From assembly GCF_004010195.1 (NCBI RefSeq), contig NC_057720.1, positions 28,104,315 to 28,158,157 on the forward strand: a stretch of 53,843 nucleotides of DNA, written 5' to 3'. The DNA comes from Chiloscyllium plagiosum (Eukaryota). The number at the start of each line of letters is the position of its first letter. The first letter of the stretch is position 1. Of the stretch, positions 46,890 through 53,843 are shown one piece after another. A model generated the notes under the pieces. It was not told the DNA's origin and searched no databases. It worked only from the letters and a program-made list of their open reading frames with translations. The position numbers and the translations under genes are program-made.

Positions 46890-48320
46890 GTATTTATTGT
46901 GGAAAAGGATATGGATGATATAGACTGTAGGGAAATAGATGGTGACATCTTGCAAAATGTCCAGATTACAGAGGAGGAAGTGCTGGATGTCTTGAAATGG
47001 TTAAAGGTGGGTAAATCCCCAGGACCTGATCAGGTGTACCTGAGAACTCTGTGAGAAGCTAGAGAAGTGATTGCTGGGCCTCTTGCTGAGATATTTATAG
47101 CATCGAAAGTCACAGGTGAGGTGCCGGAAGACTGGAGATTGGCAAACGTGGTGCCACTGTTTAAGAAGGGCGGTAAAGACAAGCCAGGGAACTATAGACC
47201 GGTGANNNNNNNNNNNNNNNNNNNNNNNNNNNNNNNNNNNNNNNNNNNNNNNNNNNNNNNNNNNNNNNNNNNNNNNNNNNNNNNNNNNNNNNNNNNNNNN
47301 NNNNNNNNNNNNNNNNNNNNNNNNNNNNNNNNNNNNNNNNNNNNNNNNNNNNNNNNNNNNNNNNNNNNNNNNNNNNNNNNNNNNNNNNNNNNNNNNNNNN
47401 NNNNNNNNNNNNNNNNNNNNNNNNNNNNNNNNNNNNNNNNNNNNNNNNNNNNNNNNNNNNNNNNNNNNNNNNNNNNNNNNNNNNNNNNNNNNNNNNNNNN
47501 NNNNNNNNNNNNNNNNNNNNNNNNNNNNNNNNNNNNNNNNNNNNNNNNNNNNNNNNNNNNNNNNNNNNNNNNNNNNNNNNNNNNNNNNNNNNNNNNNNNN
47601 NNNNNNNNNNNNNNNNNNNNNNNNNNNNNNNNNNNNNNNNNNNNNNNNNNNNNNNNNNNNNNNNNNNNNNNNNNNNNNNNNNNNNNNNNNNNNNNNNNNN
47701 NNNNNNNNNNNNNNNNNNNNNNNNNNNNNNNNNNNNNNNNNNNNNNNNNNNNNNNNNNNNNNNNNNNNNNNNNNNNNNNNNNNNNNNNNNNNNNNNNNNN
47801 NNNNNNNNNNNNNNNNNNNNNNNNNNNNNNNNNNNNNNNNNNNNNNNNNNNNNNNNNNNNNNNNNNNNNNNNNNNNNNNNNNNNNNNNNNNNNNNNNNNN
47901 NNNNNNNNNNNNNNNNNNNNNNNNNNNNNNNNNNNNNNNNNNNNNNNNNNNNNNNNNNNNNNNNNNNNNNNNNNNNNNNNNNNNNNNNNNNNNNNNNNNN
48001 NNNNNNNNNNNNNNNNNNNNNNNNNNNNNNNNNNNNNNNNNNNNNNNNNNNNNNNNNNNNNNNNNNNNNNNNNNNNNNNNNNNNNNACTTTTTCACGCAG
48101 AGGGTGGTATGTGTATGGAATGAGCTGCCAGAGGAAGTGGTGGAGGCTGGTACAATTGCAACATTTAAGAAGCATTTGGATGGGTATATGAATAGGAAGG
48201 GTTTGGAGGGATATGGGTTGGGTGCTGGCAGGTGGGACTAGATTGGGTTGGGATAGCTGGTCCGCATGGACGGGTTGGACCGAAGGGTCTGTTTCCATGC
48301 TGTACATCTCTAAGACTCTA
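46890..48320 (+). mobile_element. Young CR1 LINE, 5'-truncated, with N gap 47206-48086
   Basis: KSPGPDQVY, VPEDWRLANVVPLFKKGGKDKPGNYRPV; tail as 20321-20676. Confidence 0.92.
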
Positions 48321-49029
48321 ACTAGGGTGGATCAAGAAGTCAACTTATCATCACCACCTCAAAGGAAACTAGGGATAGGCAATAAATGCTGGCCAACCAG
48401 CCACACCCACATGCTCTGACCAATAAAGGAAAACATGCAAAGCACCTTCTTCACTATCCTATCTACCTGCAGCTCCACTTTCAAGGAACTAGGAACTTGC
48501 ACTCCAAGGTCTTTTTGTTCAGCAACACTCCCCAGGATCATCTTATTAAGTGTATAGGTCCTGCCCTGATTTAGCTTTCCAAAATGCAGAACCTCACATT
48601 TATCTAAATCAAATTCCATCTGCCACTCCTCAGCCCAATGGCCCATCTGTTCAAGATGCCATTACTCTGAATAACCTCCTTTGCCATTCACTGTACCTCC
48701 AATTTTGGTGTCATCTACAAACTTTGTAACTATACATCTAAATCATTTATATAAATGACGAAAAGCAGTGGACCAAGCACTGATCCCTGAGGCACACCAC
48801 TGTCACAGGCCTCCAGTCTGAAAAGCAACCCTCCACCATCACCCTCGTCTTCTACCTTTGATTCAGTTCTGTATCCAAATGGCTAGTTCTCCATGTATTC
48901 TATGTGATCTAACCTTGCTAACCAGTCAACCATGTAGACGCTTGTTGAACGCCTTACTGAAGTCCATATAAATCAGATTCACCACTCTGTCCTCATCAAT
49001 CCTCTTTGTTACTTGTTTTTTTTTTTTTT

Positions 49030-49183
49030 TAGATTACTTTACAGTGTGGAAACAGGCCCTTCGGCCCAACAAGTCCACACCGACCTGCCGAAGCGCAAAC
49101 CACCCATACCCCTACATTTACCCCTTACCTAACACTACGGACAATTTAACATGGCCAATTCACCTGACCTGCACATCTTTGGA
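49030..49183 (-). mobile_element. HE1 SINE, 3' half, with poly(A) tail
   Basis: CAGTGTGGAAACAGGCCCTTCGG...CACATCTTTGGAC preceded by a T run at 49016-49030. Confidence 0.9.
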
Positions 49184-49554
49184 CCTGCACATGTTCAAAA
49201 ATCTCAAGTAAATGAGACGTGATTTCTGATGCACAAAGCCATGTTGACTATTCTTAATCAGCCCTTGCCTGTTCAAATACATGTAAACCCTGTCCTTCAA
49301 ACTTTCCTTCAGCAATTTACCCACCACCGATGTCAGGCTCATCGGTCTATAGTTCCCTGGCTTTTCCTTACCACCTTTCTTAAATAGTGGCATCTTGTTG
49401 TCAGTTGCATCACAGCTGACTCTTAATGGTTAATGTGTCATTGATGTAATACAAGTACCTAAAACATACAGACCACGATTTCACTCACTGAAGTAAAACA
49501 GAATGTGTTGGAACTACTTAGTAAGTCAGACTGCATAAAAAGGGAAGCAGGCTT

Positions 49555-49873
49555 AGATTTAGATTTAAATTTAGATTATGTACAGTGTGGAAACAGGCCC
49601 TTCACCCCAACAAGTCCACACCGACCCGCCGAAGCGCAACCCACCCAGACCCATTCCCCTACATCTAACTCTACGGGCAATTTAGCATGGCCAATTCACC
49701 TACCCTGCACATTTTTGGACTGTGGGAGGAAACCAGAGCACCCGGAGGAAACCCTACGCAGACACTGGGAGAATGTGCAAACTCCACACAGTCAGTCGCC
49801 TGAGGCGGGAATTGAACCCGGGTCTCTGGCGCTGTGAGGCAGCAGTGCTAACCACTGTGCCACCGTGCTGCCC
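49555..49873 (-). mobile_element. HE1 SINE, inserted in a very old PLE-tail remnant
   Basis: Full head, V-domain and (TTTAGA)n tail. Confidence 0.92.
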
Positions 49874-50827
49874 AAAGTTGTTGCCCTAAAGAATTAATCC
49901 CACCTTTTTCAATGTATTCCGACCTGCAGAGTATTTCTGACATTTATTTTGAGGTTCAGTCCTTGAACAGTGCTGTGCTAACTGTGGAACAGACTTGGAA
50001 TAGGAGTAATTTTTGTTCCTGATTGCTGTCTAGTGACTTCTGTTGGAAATGTGCAAGCATGATCAGGATTGGAATTCTTTGCAATAGTTCCTATAGTTGA
50101 ATGACCTCATGCTATTTGGATATGGAGACTTTAGGAAAAGGAAGCACGTGCTGTTCATCCACCAAATCAACTGATGTTCACTTTTGTCTATAGTTGCAAG
50201 TGCACAGATATATAGAACGCCTCTCTCACAGGCTCAACTGTCTGACATCTCTTGATCTTCTGAAAATGCTGGTAACTAGAATACAAATGGAAATTCTATG
50301 GATAGTAGCAATCTGCTGATAATAAATAAATCAAAATAATCAGCGAAAAAGGTCACGGGCATTAAAGCACAAAAAAGGCATTAAAACAAATCATTGTGCT
50401 CATTGCTTTTTAAGTTAAATAATAATCACAGTTGATTTGCCAAAAACTCAGGATGATTGGTATTCCTGATCCATAAACACTGTCCAGTGTGCTGAAAATG
50501 GTGTTTGCTATCGCATATTAGAATTTTAAAAGGAATACCACCCACATGCATCTCCTAACCACAAAAAAATGCAAATGATGCACTGAATCTTCAGTCATTT
50601 TGACAAAGCTGTGCTCAGTTTATGCTGATCTGCTTTGCAGGCCACATAGGAAAATCCAGGTTTTCATCTTTCATCATGGATGTACCTCAATATCAATCGT
50701 AATGTTCATAGAAAGTAAATTGACTTGACCATATTTAAATCCCTTCATAATGAGAATAGAAACTGGAAGTTAAGCTCTCAATAGGTGAAATTTGAAGAAC
50801 AGTAACAAACTGGTGTGCAAACAAATG

Positions 50828-51182
50828 GGAGAGCCGTTGGTCTAGTGGTATTATCTGGTACTAGAAACTCAGCCAATGTTCTGGGGACCTATGTTCAATT
50901 CCCACCATGGTTGACAGTGGAATTTGAATTCAAAATAGAATCTGGAATTAAGAGTCTAATGATGACCATGAAACCATTGTCGATTGTTGGAAAAACCTAT
51001 CTGCTTCATTAATGTCCTTCAGGAAGGAAACTGCCATCCTTACCTGGTCTGGCCTACCAGTAACTCTTGACGCACAGCAATGTGGTTGATACCAACTAAC
51101 CCCTGGGTAATTAGGGATGGGCAATAAATGCTGGCCCAGCCAGAGATGGCCATATCCGGTGAGTGAATAAATACAAAAAAAA
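50828..51182 (+). mobile_element. tRNA-derived SINE (not HE1) sharing its tail with the adjacent LINE
   Basis: A-box-like TGGTCTAGTGG, B-box-like GTTCAATTCC, body GACCATGAAACCATTGTCGATTG, tail TAGGGATGGGCAATAAATGCTGGCC, A-rich end. Confidence 0.8.
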
Positions 51183-51194
51183 TTGAGAGATTAA

Positions 51195-53562
51195 CTTTTT
51201 TAACAATTCATTTGTGGGATATGGGCATCGCTGATTGGCCAGCATTTATTGCCCATCCCTAGTTACCCTTGAGAAGATGGTGGTGAGCTGCCTTCTTGAA
51301 CCCTGCAGTCCACCTACTGTGTGTTGACCCATCATGCCATTAGGGAGGGAATTCCAGGATTTTGATCCAGTGACAGTGAAGGAACAGTGATATATTTCCA
51401 AATTAGGATGGTGAGTGGTTTGGAGGAGAACCTACAAGGGTGGTGTTCCCATATATCTGCTGCCCTTGTGCTTCTAGATGGAAGAGGTCGTGTGATTGGA
51501 AGGTACTGTCTGAGGATCTATGGTGAATTTCTGTAGTGCATTTTGTAGATTGTACACACTGCTGCTACTGAGCGTCAGTGGTGGAGACAGTGGATGCTTG
51601 TGGATGTAGTGTCAGTTAAGCAGGCTGCCTTGTCCTGGATGGTGTCAAGCTTCTTGAGTGTTTTTGAGGCTGCATTCATCAAGGAATATTCCATTACACT
51701 CTTGACTTGTGCCTTGTAGATGGTGGACAGGCTTTGGGGATTCAGAAGGTGAGTTACTTGCCGCAATATTCCTAGCTTCTGATGAGCTCTTGCAGCCACT
51801 GTGTTTATATGGTGAGACCAGTTGGGATTTCTGGTCAATGATTACCCCCATGATGTTGATAGTAGGGGAATCAGTGATGGTAACACTGTTGAATGCCAAG
51901 CGATAGTGTTTAGATTGTGATGGTCATAGCCTGGCATTTGTGTAGTGTGAATGTTACTTGCCACTTGTCAGGTTAAGCCTGGATGTTGTCCAGATCTTGT
52001 TGCATTTGAACATGGACTGCTTCAGCATCTGAGGAGACATGAATGGTGCTGAATTGTGCAATCATCCCCATTCTGACCTTATGATGGAGGGAAAGTCATT
52101 GATGAAGCGACTGAGGACACTACCCTGAGGAACTCTGCAGAGATACCCTGCAGCTGAGATGACTGACCTCGAACAGCCACGACCCGATTCCTATGTGTCA
52201 GATATGATTCCACCCACCGGAGAGTTTCCTCCGGATACTCATTAATTCCAGTTTTGCTAGGGAACCTTGATGCCATGCACGGTTGAATGCAGCCTTGATG
52301 TCAAGCCCTGTCACATTCACCACACCTCTGGAATTCAGCCCTTTCGTCCATATTTGGACCAAGGCTGTAATGAGGTCCAGAGCTGAGTGGCTCTGGCAGA
52401 ACCCAAGCTGGGCAACACTGAGCAGGTTATTGTTGACCAGATGCTGCTTGCTAGTAGTGTCACTGATTGACGCGTTCCATCACTTTACTGATGATTAAGA
52501 GTAGACTGATGGGGCGGTACTTAGTTGTGTGCTTTTTATGTGCAGGACATACTTGGACAATTTTCCACGTTGCCATGTAGATGCTGGTATTGTAACTGTA
52601 CTTTAGCATCTTGGCTAGGGGAGTGGCAAGTTTTGGAGCAAATGCCTTCAGTACTATTGCTGGAATGTTATCAGGACCTGTAGACCTTGCAGTATCCACA
52701 GTCTCCCACCATTTCTTGATATCATGTGGAGTGAATTAAATTGGCTGAAGACTCGTACCTGTAATACTGGGAACCAATGGAGGAAACTGAGATGGATCAC
52801 TTACTCGGCACTCCTGGCTGAAGATTGCTGCGAAAGCTTTAGCCTTATTTTTTGCACTGATGTGCTGGGGTCTTCCGTTATTGAGGATGGGGATATTTGT
52901 GGAGCCTCCTCCTGCAGTGAGTTGTTTAATTGTCCATCACCATTCATGAGTGGATGTGGCAGGACTGCAGAGCTTGGATCTGATCCGTTAGATGTAGGAT
53001 TGCTTAGCTCTGCCCATCACTTGCTGCTTATGCTGTTTGGCATGCAAGTAGTCCTGTTTGATGGCTTCACCAGGTTGACACCTCATCTTTAGGTATGCCT
53101 GGTGCTGCTCCTGTCATGCCCTCCTGCAATCTCAATTGAACCAGGGTTAATCCCCTGACTTGATGGTAATGGTTGAGTGGGAGATATGCCAGTGCATGAG
53201 GGTGCAGATTGTGCTGGAGTACAATTCTCTGCTGTTGATGGCCCACAGCACATCATAAATACAGTCTTGAGTTGCTAGATCTGTTTGAAGTCTGTCCCAT
53301 TGAAGCACAGTGATAGTGCCACACAACATAGAGGTGTGAATGTGAATGGGTTCTTTGTCTCCACAAGGATTGCGTGTGGTCACTCTTACCGATACTGTCA
53401 TGGACAGGTGCATCTGCAGTGGCAGATTGGTAAGGATGAGGGCAAGTACGTTTTTCCCTCTTGTTGGTTTCCTCATCACCTGCTGCAGACCCAGTCTAGC
53501 TTCTATATCCTTTAGGACCAGACAAGCTTGATCTCTAGTACTTGTGGACATTGAAATCCCCC
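51195..53562 (-). mobile_element. CR1-group LINE (distinct from HER1 type), EN end, RT and 3' end, decayed
   Basis: KPTRGKNVLALILTN, TGPDNIPAIVLK..YRPISLL, LSTIYKAQVKSVMEYS, KLDTIQDKAA; exact clade not determined. Confidence 0.85.
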
Positions 53563-53843
53563 AGGAGAAAGTGAGGTCTGCAGATGCTGGAGATCAGAGC
53601 TGGAAATGTGTTGCTGGAAAAGCGCAGCAGGTCTGGCAGCATCCAGGGAACAGGAGAATCAACGTTTCGGGCATAAGCCCTTCTTCAGGAATGAGGAAAG
53701 TTTGTCCAGCAGGCTAAGATAAAAGGTAGGGAGGAGGGACTTGGGGGAGGGGCGTCGGAAATGTGATAGGTGGAAAGAGGTCAAGGTGAGGGTGATAGGT
53801 CAGACCGGGGTGGGGGCGGAGAGGTCGGGAAGAAGATTGCAGG
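53563..53843 (-). mobile_element. Young Neptune-type PLE 3' end (continues past the window) with HHR
   Basis: Minus strand CATTC-CTGAAGA-A-GGGC TTAT GCCC-GAAAC-GTT-GA at 53659-53693; C-rich region upstream on minus. Confidence 0.9.

Larger units (their letters stand above)
45730..49395 (-). mobile_element. CR1 LINE RT and 3' end hosting several insertions
   Basis: Segments 45730-45775, 46110-46650, 48411-49015 and 49193-49395 are colinear (KPGNYRPMSLTS; WAEEWQMEFDLDKCEVLHFG). Confidence 0.85.

Noticed and set aside
14515..48307. Long ORFs of 140-374 aa in the ORF track (14515-15358, 34921-35596, 47067-48307)
   Set aside because: Their length comes from translating N runs; the real parts are CR1 or PLE fragments.

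Overview
Eukaryotic, repeat-saturated genomic DNA, almost certainly from a shark (inferred from HE1 V-SINEs and their partner CR1/HER1 LINEs). It looks intronic or intergenic. No intact protein-coding gene or intact transposon ORF is visible, and nearly all long ORFs in the track are retroelement pieces or run through three N gaps. The window holds nested CR1 LINEs (one with an SGNH-esterase ORF1), L2, Rex1/Babar and RTE fragments, and a second CR1-group LINE with its own tail-sharing tRNA SINE. It also has about 8 HE1 SINEs, three solo LTRs with 4-bp TSDs, and many Penelope-like element (PLE) pieces of two GIY-YIG lineages. The most notable signals are: (1) minimal type-I hammerhead ribozymes (HHRs) of three structurally distinct families; (2) short palindromic PLE-tail insertions with 15-16 bp TSDs whose fold-back points fall in or next to the ribozyme; (3) a PLE insertion that captured an inverted copy of DNA 400-600 bp upstream, next to a second locally templated duplication; (4) a few unverified candidate host exons. 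All calls are by eye, with no database searches, and boundaries of old elements are approximate.
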